Shown: in pieces, positions 1-12,154 of the stretch
Layout of the letters: each line of letters starts with the position of its first letter
Numbering within the stretch: the first letter of the stretch is position 1
NCBI RefSeq assembly: GCF_048593235.1
Contig: NC_133618.1
Coordinates: 494,469,675-494,533,674, forward strand
Origin: Sminthopsis crassicaudata
Lineage: Eukaryota
DNA length: 64,000 nucleotides
Reading direction: 5' to 3'
Made by a program: the position numbers and the translations under genes
The notes under the pieces: model-generated
Told to the model about the DNA's origin: nothing
Seen by the model: the letters and a program-made list of their open reading frames with translations, nothing else
Databases searched by the model: none

Positions 1-165
1 TCAGAATCATATTTTTCAATGCATAAAATAAAGTACTTAGAAATCCAATTATGTTGAAATATAGCTATCAAAATATTATTTTAATGAGATCATACTCATA
101 AAATAGAAGCAGGTAGTAGAATGGACCAAAACCCAGAACCTGACAATTTTTGTTTACAAGAAAGA

Positions 166-571
166 TGTTGCGAGCTGTCGTCTCTAGAAGCTGCTGGATC
201 GCTCTCTGGGAAGAGATCTGCTGTGTCTACTCAAATCTCTCAGACAGATTCTTCTTCCTGTAACGAACCGTTGTCTCCAGGCAGTTGCTGTTAACTCTTG
301 TCCAAAGAAGTGACTTCCCTTCCTGCAGAGAGCCCCGTCAAGCCTGATGCAATTCAGAGTCTTCTTCTCTTCCTGGAGTGCTGTCCTCTTTATCCTCCCA
401 GAGAATGGGCGTGGGATAATGCAAGGGCTTCTGGGAAGAACCACTTCAGCCAATGGGCTTGCTCCTTCTATCAAGTCAACCTGAGTTCTCACCTTGTAAT
501 TGTCCAGAAAACCTGAATTCTCACCTTGTCACTGTCCAGACAACCTCAGTTCTCACCTAGTAATCCCAACA
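166..571 (-). mobile_element. Solo ERV LTR
   Basis: TG...CA termini and a 6-bp TSD GAAAGA (160-165 and 572-577). Similar to 16944-17383 and to the reverse complement of 856-1315. Strand inferred. Confidence 0.85.
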
Positions 572-855
572 GAAAGACATTTAAAAATTAGAGACACATA
601 CAGGGTAAAAATAAAGGACTAATGTGGACTTTATTATGTTTCAGCTGATGAACAAAACAGAGATAAGAATCATGATCTCAGACAACATTAAAGCTAAAAT
701 ACATTTAATTAAAAGAGATAAAACAGGAAACTATACTATGTTAAAAGATACCATAGTTAATGAAGTAAGATCAATATTAAAACATATATGTACCAAATGC
801 TATAGCATTCAAATTTTTAAGTGAAAAGGTAAATGAATTATAGGAAGAAATAGAT

Positions 856-1315
856 TGTTAGGATTACAAGGTGATAACTCAGGTTGTCTAAACAATTCTC
901 TAGTTCAGAAAGGAGTTTGCACCTTTAGACTTGGGGGGGGAGGAGTTTACATGTTTAAAAAAGTTTGCACCTTTAAGAGGAGCAAGTTCATTGGTTGAAG
1001 TATTTCCCGCAGGCCCCTGAGTTCTCACTAGCCCAATCTCTGCTAGGATAAAAGAAGAGAGCAGTCAGGCAAGGAGTTAGTCTAAACCGGGAGATTGAGT
1101 TTAGACGGCAGTCTGGAAGGAGAGAGTCTGGATTGGGGAAGGACAAGAGCTGGAGGAGATTCAGAGCCAAGATTCAGGAAGAAGAGGATTTCGAGATTCT
1201 ACCTTCCCTCTGGCTGGAGGTTCCCAAGAAACCTGCTCACAGAGGAAAAGATTTTACAGAAAAGAGATCTCCTCCCAGAGAAGGATTATAACTGAGAGAC
1301 GATCAGAACATTACA
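856..1315 (+). mobile_element. Solo ERV LTR
   Basis: TG...CA termini and a 6-bp TSD ATAGAT (850-855 and 1316-1321). Opposite orientation to 166-571. Confidence 0.85.
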
Positions 1316-1626
1316 ATAGATAGCAAAATTATGGTAGTGGGGAATTTAAGCCTTCCTATCTCAGAATAAGATATATCTAACCAAAAAATAAATGAGAAAA
1401 ATTAAGGAGATGACAAGAATCTTTAGATAAATTAGATATCATAGATGCCTTTTTCTCAACAGTATGTAACACTTTTACAAAAACTGATCACAGATTAGGA
1501 CATAAAAATTTTACAGTTAAACGTAGAAAAGCAGAAATATTAAATGCATATTTTGCATATTATAATGCAATAAAAATCATATTTAATTAAAAAACTGTAG
1601 AAACACAAATTAAAAATTAATTGGAA

Positions 1627-1769
1627 GGGGCAACTAATTGGTATAGTGTAGTGGTGCAGTGATGTCAGCCCTGAAGTCAGGAGGACCTGAGTTCAAATTT
1701 GACCTCAGTCGCTTAACACTTCTTGGCTATATGAGCCAATTAATCCTAATTGCCTCAGGAAAAAAAAAA
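1627..1769 (+). mobile_element. tRNA-derived marsupial SINE (WSINE1-like), degenerate
   Basis: ggggcaacta...ctgaagtcaggaggacctgagttcaaat...cctaattgcctcagg followed by an A-tail. Confidence 0.75.
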
Positions 1770-1938
1770 TTTAATTGAAAACTAAATAACTTAATCTTAA
1801 AAAATGAGTGGATCAAAGAACAAGTCATAGAAACAATAAATAATTTTATTAAAAAGATTAATAATAATGAGAAAATATACCAAAACTTATGAGATACTGC
1901 AAAAGCAGTAATCAGAGGGAAATTATATTATAATCACC

Positions 1939-2061
1939 AATTATAGGAAGAAATAGATTGTTAGGATTACAACGTGATAACTCAGGTTGTCTAAACAATT
2001 CTCTAGTTCAGAAAGGAGTTTGCACCTTTGGACTTCTGGGGGGAGAGGGAGTTTACATGTT
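1939..2061 (+). repeat. Local duplicate of 836-955 (L1 flank plus LTR 5' end)
   Basis: aattataggaagaaatagattgttaggattacaa...gagtttacatgtt occurs at both places with few differences. Confidence 0.9.
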
Positions 2062-2285
2062 GGGAGCAAAACAAAAGGATTAACAGGAGACAAAAAGTTA
2101 AAAAGATCTCAGACCAGCAATGATAGGTCTAGGTAAACTGGTTGCCAGGAATGGATGCTGTTTAGAGTCCACTTATGCCTGCTTATCTTTTTCCTATAAA
2201 CGTCCACTCATGCACTCCTTGCTTTAATAGAATAAGGAAAGAGACAACAGGGAGGGTGAAGAAGATCCCCGAGGCAGGGCCTTAT

Positions 2286-2416
2286 CTGCTATTGGCTCAG
2301 CACAGATCTGGCCACAATTGCCACAGCATTTCTGAGAACCACAGTATTCCTCATCATTCAGGCAGCTCACCTGACACAGGACAAAGGTGTTCCCCGTGGG
2401 CCCATGCTCTGCTTGG
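2286..2416 (-). pseudogene. Degenerate WAP/four-disulfide-core (WFDC) exon
   Basis: Minus strand: ctgcag acceptor, then (A)KQSMGP (resembles KxGxCP). After a frameshift it reads LCQVSCLNDEEYCGSQKCCGNCGQICAEP, a CxxxCxxDxxxCxxxKCCxxCGxxCxxP pattern. The entry frame hits TGA and the putative donor reads ATAAG. Confidence 0.65.
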
Positions 2417-5400
2417 CTGCAGGGACCTAAGAGCCTTAAGCCCTAATAAGCTACCTGTGCTGCAAGTAAGAGTTCTAGCATGCTGCAGTGTCCATTAAGC
2501 ACTCCAATCCTTCTGTACTCAAAAACTCAGATTTATTGGGTAACTTTCTAGGAGAAAAAACAAAAAAACTCTAAAGTTTCCCTGGCTCAGGCATACAAAA
2601 AGATCCCAAAGGGCAGAACACATAGAACTGACCCAATGGTGGGAGATCTGTCTGACTGGTTTTAGGCTTAGTCCTGCCCAGAAGCTGAGCACTAGCTTAG
2701 AAAAAAAGGATTTATTTTTGCCTGGGGATCCTCAGAATTCCCCTAGCCTTCTTTATAAAATAGCATATGAACTGATGCTGAGTGAAGCGAGCAGAACCTG
2801 GAAAACATTGTACACAACAAGATTGTGTGATAATGAGCTGACAGACTTGGCTCTTTTCAGCAATTCAGTGATCCAAGGCAATCCCAATAAACTTTGAGTA
2901 GAAAATGCCATCCACATCCAGAGAGAGACCTATACAGACTAAATATAGATACACTTAGAGTTATACCTCTTTTTCTTTTTTTCTTTCTCATGATTTTTCC
3001 CTTTTGTTCTTATTTTTCTCTCCCAACCTGATATATGAAAATATGTAAAAAGTAGATGTACATGTATAAACAAAAAATAAATAAATAAATAAAAATTTTA
3101 AAAAGAAAAAAAATCCTGGAAAATCTTATATGAACTGATGCAAAGTGATGTTAATAGAATGAAGAGAATATTGTACACAGTAAATAGTAATGCTAATGAC
3201 AATCAACTGTAAAATATTTAGCTACTATAATAAATACTATGATCTACAACAAAAATAACAGTAGCCAGCATGCTTCTGCCCCCTGGTGGCTCCAAGAACA
3301 AAGACTACCCTTGACAGGGTTAGGATGCTCTGGGGCCTGAACTTGACCTCTCTCAGACAGGGCCCTGTCCTCACGCCCAGGATCCAAGCCAGGTACATCG
3401 GGGCTCTGCTTCAGATTAGAAGCCCTTGCATTAGTAGGTATCTGGGAAAGGGGACAAAGGTCCCAGCCCCAGAACCTCTGGGTTCTGTCCCCCAGCTCAT
3501 CTCTCTGCTGCCTCCCATTAGACCCTAACTTCCAAATCTCCCTCTTCTTTCCTGTGATGTGGACTAGCAGGAAAGGACTCCCCAAGGCTTTGAGAAAGGG
3601 AGGTGAGACCATAAGTGGTAAAGGCAGAGAACAATGACAGGGTTCTTATCGGGAGAGGATGGGTCTAAGTGACCCAACCAGGAGCGGAGGGCAGGGCAGT
3701 GAAAGCAGAAGTGAACATCTACCCATCAGATCAGCAACAGCTGAAACCTGCTCCTCAATTCCCAGGAAAGGGCCCCTGAGGGTGAGGAAGGAGCACCACC
3801 TGGACACTGACAAGTGCAAACACCCAGGGAGGCATTCTCTCCAGTTAATACCTTGACTATTGCCACCTCACTATACAATCCGGGTCCTTTAGCCAGGTTA
3901 TCCATTTTCCCAATTTTTACCACCCCCCCATAGCCTAATTCCTTCTCAGCATCAAGCTCACCTGCCTGACAGGCACTGGCACAAGAAACACTGGATTTAG
4001 TGAAAGAAAACCAGTGTCTGGACCCCAGCTCCCCCATTTGGGCAGCAAGCTGAGTTATCCCTTTTCTATCCCAATCACCATGCCAAAGATGTCCAGCTTA
4101 TGAAAAATGAGAAAGATAGGGTGGTTTCTAGAGATCAGAACTGAGGACAAATACTGAAGCCTGACAACCTTCCAACTGTACAACACCAAACATTTAGCAA
4201 AGATATTAATCCCCACCAAGGAGAGCAGAAAAGCATAGAGAAGTAATAGGGCAAAGCTAGCAAGGATCTTAGTGGCCCCAAATGGAACCAAAATTTATAC
4301 TTTCAGAAAGTTAGGACAAGAGCCTGAAAAGAAAGGAGCCAAGGACATGCCTAGCATTGATCAGAGCCTAGCTCCCAGCCTGCCAAAGGCCAGTAGGAAG
4401 CTCTTGAAATGTTCAATTCCTATAGTCCTCCCTAAGAGTGAGGAGGCCAGGGTCCAAGGGGCAAAACACCCCCTCTCATCCTGTTCATTTCAGAAGGCAA
4501 ATTTCCTTCAGCCACAAATTGAGGTAAGGTACAGATAGGCATGAGAGCAGGAAGCTTGGATCAATGAAAAAGGCACCATGACAGTTTAAGAGACTATTAG
4601 CAAAGAGCAGTGTGTTTATACAGCTTCCCCAAAAGGACAGAAAAATGTGCTAAAGATTTGGGTTATAATAGCCAGGATGCCTGGGAGGAAGGAAGGGGCT
4701 TATACCCCAGACTCCAGCCCAATCAGTATTGCCTCACCTATACTAGCTAGTTTTCAGGGCACTGAGACCCCTCACATATTATATGGCATTACTGCAATCC
4801 TAGGACATAAGCATATTACAGGGTAGCAGCCTCTGCTGGACAAGGTGAACTACTACATTCACAGAAACATCAATGTTTGGGTTCCATATACCCTTAGTCT
4901 TCCTCCCTAAGTGGTTTTCCTAATCTTTTAGGAGATAGATAAGCTCAAAAAGATTTCTAAATTCAGTCCAAAAAACAACTTCACTCAATCAGGACAATTA
5001 TGAAAAGCCCTGAAGGAAGGACCTGAGCTGCTTATTGTGGGCCTAGGCTCATTCTTCAGCACATCTTAAGAAAAATGAAGAAAAAATATTTTCTTATTGT
5101 TACCAGAAACTCTAATGTCTTTGACTCAGTCACGGAACCATATATGACTTTCTCCAGAAAAACAAAGTCCAATCATTAGACTTTATTGGGAAGAAGACAG
5201 GCCAGGACAGCCCTTCCCTGCACATTATGCTTCAGAAGCCAAAGTCAGCAGTGGGATATGGGGCAGAGCAGAAGGGCCAGTCAACAGGGCCATCTGCCAC
5301 AGCCAGGGATACCAAGAGGCCCCCAAAGCCCAGTCACTTTCTGGGACCATGAAGAATCTCTGGAATATCAAGATAGCTAGAGCACTGTATTCTCTAAAAT

Positions 5401-8007
5401 TGGAAGAGAAATACTATCACATAGGGCAGGGAAGACTCTGAGGGGTTCACCCTTCAGGCTCAGCTTTCAGGTGCCTGCTTCTCTACTCCTCAGGCTAAGC
5501 AATGAAGTATCTTTCTCAAACCCTACTCTCTATCCCTCACAAAAACTTCCTGTGGTTCCCCACTCCTCTCAGGATCAAATCCAAATTCCTTAGCCAAAAT
5601 GCAAGGCCCTTCACAATTTTATTCTTACCACCACCTATCCAGCCTCATGGTCAACTTACTCCCCTAGGTAAATTCTCTGTTCCAGTCACAATGAAATCTT
5701 TGTCCCTTGGGTGCAATAGACATGTTCCCACCCAGGTGCATGGAATGCCCTTTCTTTTAAGTCTTGCCAGTAGTATAAGATTCAGTTTTTCCAGGAAGCC
5801 CTCCCTGAAATCTCAGTCCACAGAATCTCTACTCTCTACCCTGACTTCCTTTAGTTCTGATTTTTTTGTACATTCATGGGACATTTAACATAGACTAATG
5901 AAGTCCTTAGTGAAGTGCACAGAGCCCTGAACAAAGCAGGTGTTAAATACCCTCTAACCTAACTACTTCTATTAGGCCTAATACTCAAAAAGATCAAAGA
6001 AAGAATCCTTGCATACAAAAATATTTACAGCAGCTCATTTTGTGGTGGCAAAGAAGAGGAACTAAGAAAGTATCAATCAGCTGGGGAATCAGTGAACAAG
6101 TTATAGTAGAAACAATGTAATGGAACACTATTATATTTTAAGAAAGGATAACAAGAATGGATACAGAGAAACTTAGTAATGCTTGTATGAACTGATGCAG
6201 AATTAAGTGAGCTGAAACAGAGAGAATAATTTGTTAAATGACAACAACATTGTCAAGACAAAGTACCATGAAAGACTTAAGAATTCTGATCAGTCCAATA
6301 ACCAATTATGATTCCAGAGGACCGATGATGATCAATACTAATTATCTCCTGAGGTGAGAGATGCAGGATGCAGATGAGCCATGTGTTTCTAGAAATAGAT
6401 AATGCAGGAATTGAAATTAATTGAAAAAAGAAAATTTAAACAACAGTAAAGTAGGTGTTTCGAATTATATTGATAGTTATGATGAAATGCTAAGCTCAGT
6501 AGAAAACTTCTCAGGAAGGAAACTCCTCAGGGGAGTTTCCCTCAACAAAAATAAAATTGACCACAGCTAGATTTACAGTATTTTCTCTTCAACCAGGCAG
6601 TTTTGATGCACTCTTCAGCCCTTTACACACAAAGGGGGGGGGGGGAATAAGTGGGCAATAGCCAGTCGATCCATGGAAGAAACAGGGAAAAGGACCAGCT
6701 GCCCAGCTATCCCTTCCCAAGTCTCAGATGGGACCTGTACAGAGTTCAAGGCTGAGGTGAAAGGTATTCTCTGAACCCATATCATGGATAATTTTAAAAG
6801 ATGATATCCAAGGGATCTCTTTAGAAAATGAGATAAAATATGGTTTGGCAGAAAGAGTATTGGCCTAGAAAGATGGGGTTCAAGGTTTTAAATCCTTGTT
6901 CTGTCACTATAAGAGCATTGCACATCATATCTTTTCTCTGTTTTACAACAATCTGTTGTAAAACAAGATTGGGCTACATGACTTCTAATGTGATCTGGTC
7001 AAACACAGTTATTTTACAAAAGAAGAAATGAGACACAGAAAAAGGAGGAAATTTGCTGAAAGTCTGCAGGAGATTTTGGACTCAAATCCTGACTCTCTAT
7101 GTCCAGTCTTTTGCCATATATGCCGAAACAGGCCCCTTAGGGAAGTCATGAAACCTTAATACCTCCTTCATGAGGTCCACACCTCTCCCAATTCTGGAAT
7201 CTAGCTTTCCACTATAGATACCTAGACCAGCTTCTGGAACATATCTTTTGCAAACATTCTCTCCTCCCTCTTAGAAACTTCATTAAATTCACTTAGAAGA
7301 TTTTTGGAGGATCCATCTTCCCCTCCCCAGATCTCAAATAGGAAGCCTGGCTAGGAGACAGAAACACCAACAGCTCCTAAAAGCATTATCTAGGTATCCT
7401 CCTTAAGTCCAGAAACTTGGCCATCAGCTCCAAATAATTGTAAATTATATCTAGGTTACCTGAATATACTCTCAGGACTCAGATCCAAGAATCCTGGCAA
7501 AAAAAACCATACATCCATCTTTAAGCAAACATATGGTATCCAAAATACTACCTGTACGACCTTGAACAAGTCAATTAATCTGTTTGAATCTCAGTTTCCT
7601 CATCTGTCAAACAAAAGATTAGACCACATGATTTAAAAAAAAAAAAAAAAAAAAAACCTCTTTTAATTCTAAAATCCTGTATTCCAATGACTGTCTATAA
7701 AGTTCCTTTCAGTGCCCAATCTTTGAACTCTAAGGAAGCCAAAGGATAAAACCTTCCTACTCCATGTGAAGGGAAAGGGGCCTAGAAATAATTAAGAAGA
7801 GAATCACATCTACCAGAATTTCAAAGTTTCAGATAGGGAGGGCATATTTGCTCATTCATTCAATAAACATTTGCTTAGTACTCATTGCATGCACAACATT
7901 ATACTAGATACTGAAGAGATGTAAGATTTAAATAAAATTCAGCCCCCACTATCATGAATCTTAGAACCTAGTAGAAGAATAAGACACAAATACAAACATG
8001 ATTACAG

Positions 8008-8018
8008 ATATATATACA

Positions 8019-8055
<37 letters not shown>
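8008..8055. repeat. (TA)n microsatellite
   Basis: Direct reading. Confidence 0.9.
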
Positions 8056-9117
8056 TAGAGATTTACAAATAAAGATGTAACATAAGGTCTAAAGTATATG
8101 TTACAGTTATGGAAGAAATAAGAGAGGAATCCTAATTCTGAAAAGAGATGGTATCAAAGGTTGAGGTCCCAATTCCAGCTACCTCAGAGTTCAAATGGAA
8201 GGATACTTCCCAGTATTGTCCAAGAATCTCACCCACTGTGTTATCAAACCATCATGATCCTCCTTACTTGACAAAAAAAGGATATTACCACCTGCCTTTA
8301 TTGGGAAGGAAAAAAGTTTCCTTGAGAACAGGGTTCAAGGAAATGAAAATAAGGGTGGGAGAAAAAAAGGAGGAACAAATAAAGGGAATTTTGAGGATCA
8401 AAGACATCCATCTTATCCTAGATTTGGGAAGGGCCTATTCAATAATTCATTCAGAAAAAGATCATATCAGAATTCTTCCCAAGTGAAACCAATGTAAAGG
8501 CAAGAAGATGATGGGAAAGGATTTTTCTGAGGGACTCAACTAAATAAAAGCCTTACAAAGCTAAATGATTACTTAATAATAATAATTGTTATTATGCAAA
8601 TGTATAATCTCATGCATATTATGCAAGAAAAATATAAATAGTAACATCACGTGTGAGCTGCAAAATATTAGCACATATCAAGCAAGACATGACCTCATGG
8701 CTAGAAATATACATTAAAAATTCACTGTCTTTCATAGACTGACAAACAACAAATCCCCCTACTACAAATACAGACTTCAAATACATTCAAGAACTTAGAT
8801 AATATACTATACTGAAGCCAGAATATTATCACAGCTCAAATTGTTGCATATACTTGTCCTAACATAACACTGTCCCATAAAAAAATTAGCACAATTTTCA
8901 AAAGATGTTGCCATAACACATATTCAGAATGCTAACCTATATGAAACAAAAATTTTCAAAATACAAAAAGCTAGCAGAAAAACATCAAAGTGCTGTAAGA
9001 AAAATATGAGGTGTTAAATATCCAGGGGAGGGGAGAGAATTGGCACACAAGGTTTTGCAAGGGTCAATGTTGAAAAATTATCCTTGCATATGTTTTGAAA
9101 ATAAAAAGCTTCAATTA

Positions 9118-11546
9118 GATCACTCCTCGGACTGATCTCGCGACGTGGGACGATCTGCCTTGAGAGCTGCCTCCGCACTAGCCACGGGTGGAGAAGATGG
9201 CGGTCGCAGTGAGAACTTTGCGGGAGCAGCTAGAAAAAGCCAAGGAGAGCTTAAAAAATGTAGACGAGAATGACGTAAGACCCATCCAAGCTAGATTGTT
9301 GGCCCTCTCAGGCCCTGGTGGAGGTAGGGGTCGTGGTAGTTTATTGCTAAGGCGTGGATTCTCAGATAGTGGAGGAGGACCCCCAGCCAAACAGAGAGAT
9401 CTTGAAGGGGCAGTCAATAGGCTGGGAGGAGAGCGTCGGACAAGAAGAGAATCACGCCAAGAAAGCAATGCAGAGGACGATGGTGTCAAAAAGCCGGCTT
9501 TGCAGTCTTCAGTTGTAGCTACCTCCAAAGAGCGCACACATAGAGACCTTATTCAGGATCAAAATATGGATGAAAAGGGAAAACAAAGGAATCGACGTAT
9601 ATTTGGCTTGTTAATGGGCACCCTTCAGAAATTTAAGCAGGAATCAACTGTAGCTACGGAAAGGTAAAAAAGGCGTCAAGAAATTGAACAAAAGCTTGAA
9701 GTGCAAGCAGAAGAAGAAAAAAAAAAACAAGTTGAAAATGAAAGGAGAGAACTTTTTGAAGAAAGACGCGCTAAACACACAGAACTGCGACTTTTGGAAC
9801 AAAAGGTTGAACTTGCTCAGTTGCTATGTGTGAAGGTAGACGCAATGAATTTGCTGAACAAATAAATAAAACGGAGGCTAGGCCTAGAAGACAATCAATG
9901 AAGGAAAAAGAACCTCAGGTGGTGCATAATGAAGAAGAGAAAGTAGAACAAGAAGAGGGTAAGGTGGCTCAGCGTGAGGAAGAGATGGAGACAGGTAATC
10001 AGCACAATGATATAGAAATAGAAGATGCAGGAGAGGAAGAAGAAAAAGAAGTAGGTGCAGTTCATAGTAATGCAGAGAAAGAACAGGAGGAGGAGCAAAA
10101 AAAGGAAACTGAGGTTAAAATGGAGGAGGAGAATGAGATTAGGGGAAAAGAGAAGCAACAGGATAGTCAGCCTGAAGAAATTATGGATGTGAAAGAGGAG
10201 GGAGAAAGTGTCAAAAATGTAGATACAGAAACAGAGGAAATGGGAACTAATCAAGTTGAAAGTGTAGAACCTTCAGAAAATGAGAATAGCAAAGAAATAG
10301 GACCAGAATTGGAAGGTGAAATTCAGCCAAACAAAGAGTATAAACCTATTTCTCCTGTGAAGGAGAATGCTAATGTTCCAGAAATTGAAAATGAATCTGA
10401 AGAGAAACAAGAGAGAGAACCTGAGTCCCAACCAGAGTTTGTGGTTCAACCCCAACCCCAATCCCAGTCCTAGTCCCAGTCCCAGTCCCAGTCTCATACT
10501 CTGCCCTCACTCCAGCTCCAGCCCCAGTCCTTGCCTCAGTCTGAGACTTTGCCTTTAACACTTATAGAGCCACTACCTCAGGTCATGCAAGAAGCAAGGC
10601 ATCTAACTGAGAGGAAAGGGTTTGCTATAGAACCTGTCAAACTTCCTGAGGTACAAATGCCTACGGAAAGGAAAACCAAAACCAAAACCAGGAGCAGAAG
10701 CAGGGGTCGTGCCAGAAACAAAACTAGCAAGAGTAGAAGTCATAGCAGTAGCAGTAGCACCTGAAGTAGTAGTTCAATTAGTAGTAGTAGCGGCAGCAGC
10801 TCCAGAAGTGGCAGCAGTAGCAGTCGGAGTAGTTCCAGTAGCAGCACTAGTACTAGCGGAAGCAGCAGCAGAGACAGTAGTAGTAGCAGCACTAGTAGCA
10901 GTGAGAGTAGGAGTCGAAGCCGAGGTCGGGGACATAACAGGGATAGAAAGCGCAGGAGGAGTGTGGATCGAAAGCCGAGGGATACATCAGGACTAGAAGT
11001 CACAATCACAAGTCTTCAAAAAGTAGTAGCAGAGATACAAAAAGATCGAAGGATAAGAGTTCTCGGTCTGAGAGAAAAAGGTCTATATCAGAAAGTAGTC
11101 GGTCAGGCAAAAGATCTTCAAGAAGTGAAAGAAGTAAATCAGATAGGAAAGACAAAAGGCGTTAATGGAAGAAACAGGCTTCCTTAGCCTATTTGCAGCA
11201 GAAGATTTCTTGATGTATAAAAGGATACCTTTCCTTTTAAGGGGAATGCAGCCTTAAGAATTGCATGTTGTAAAATTCCTTTTGGAAAAAATGAAGACTG
11301 TTTACCAGACATTCTTGTACTTTTTACATAATTTTGTAAAAGTTATTTATCAAAATTATGTGAGGTTTCAAAAAACATGTAAAAAAAAAATAAAAAAGAT
11401 TAACAACCCTTGTCATCTTTTTTAAATATCCCATGCTCTACATTAAGAATCTGTATATTTTAAGGTAAATCTTTTAAGATTATGTGTTCACTTCATATCT
11501 GTATCATACATTGTTTTTGTAGAAATAAATGTACATTAAAGAAAAA
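9118..11546 (+). pseudogene. PNN: Pinin processed pseudogene (retrocopy); CDS-like part 9197-11165
   Basis: Intronless [25 protein letters not shown]...[29 protein letters not shown], a Glu-rich region, QP repeats, a Ser/RS tail and the end DRKDKRR*. Stops at 9665, 10471 and 10762. AATAAA at 11524, a short A-tail, and a 15-bp TSD aaaaagcttcaatta (9103-9117 and 11547-11561). Confidence 0.95.
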
Positions 11547-12154
11547 AAAAAGCTTCAATTAAAAAAAAGAAAAAGAAAAATATGAGTCACCCAACATACC
11601 TGTCACCAGTCTGCTCCTAGAGCTGAATTAAGGATGTTTTCAAGGAGTTCACAGAAGATAAGCTTATATCCCCATTCATTTATTCAACTGCAAAAAGCAT
11701 TTTTTATCCACTTATGAAAAAATGTGCAGAGCATTAAACAGAATATTAATAGCAGGACTGCAACTTGTTCCAAAGCCATTCATCTGATCTCCATTTAAAA
11801 AAATAAAAATAAAATATTATGAGAAGATAAATAGGGATAAGAATCAGATCTATGATTTCAATGATACAGAAAAATCCTAGTTGAATTGAGGAAATTCTTC
11901 ATATCAATGCAAGTTTGAAGAGTTGCCTAGACTAGTAAGAGGTTAAATGACTTGCCCAGACTGATAGATAGTTTAGGAGGCATAATTTTAGCTTAGGTCT
12001 TGCTAGTTCTGAGGCCTAAATACTTCATCTTATGGAAACTTTCTCTAATGATATCAAAATGTCATTCAGGCACAACAAATGTAAAAAGCTATAAATTGTA
12101 CCAAGGAAAATTTGAGACTGATATCTTTGAGTTTGAATACAAAGGTCAAATGGA

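Larger units (their letters stand above)
90..1935 (+). mobile_element. Decayed LINE-1 ORF2 endonuclease-region fragment, interrupted by two solo LTRs and a SINE
   Basis: Flanks read through as L1 endonuclease-like sequence (acccagaacctgacaatttttgtttacaagaaaga|catttaaaaattagagacacatacagggtaaaaataaaagg, resembling NPTICCLQETHLK..DTHRVKIKG) once the inserts are removed. Confidence 0.7.

Noticed and set aside
4055-4291. Hydrophobic minus-strand ORF as a possible WFDC signal-peptide exon (also weak candidates near 2570-2650 and 23900-23990)
   Set aside because: No convincing ATG plus phase-1 donor combination, and hydrophobic runs are expected from A-rich plus-strand DNA.
9178-11009. Antisense and alternative-frame ORFs over the PNN copy (poly-Leu, LGLG, VAAA)
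   Set aside because: Shadows of the Ser, QP and Glu repeats of pinin.
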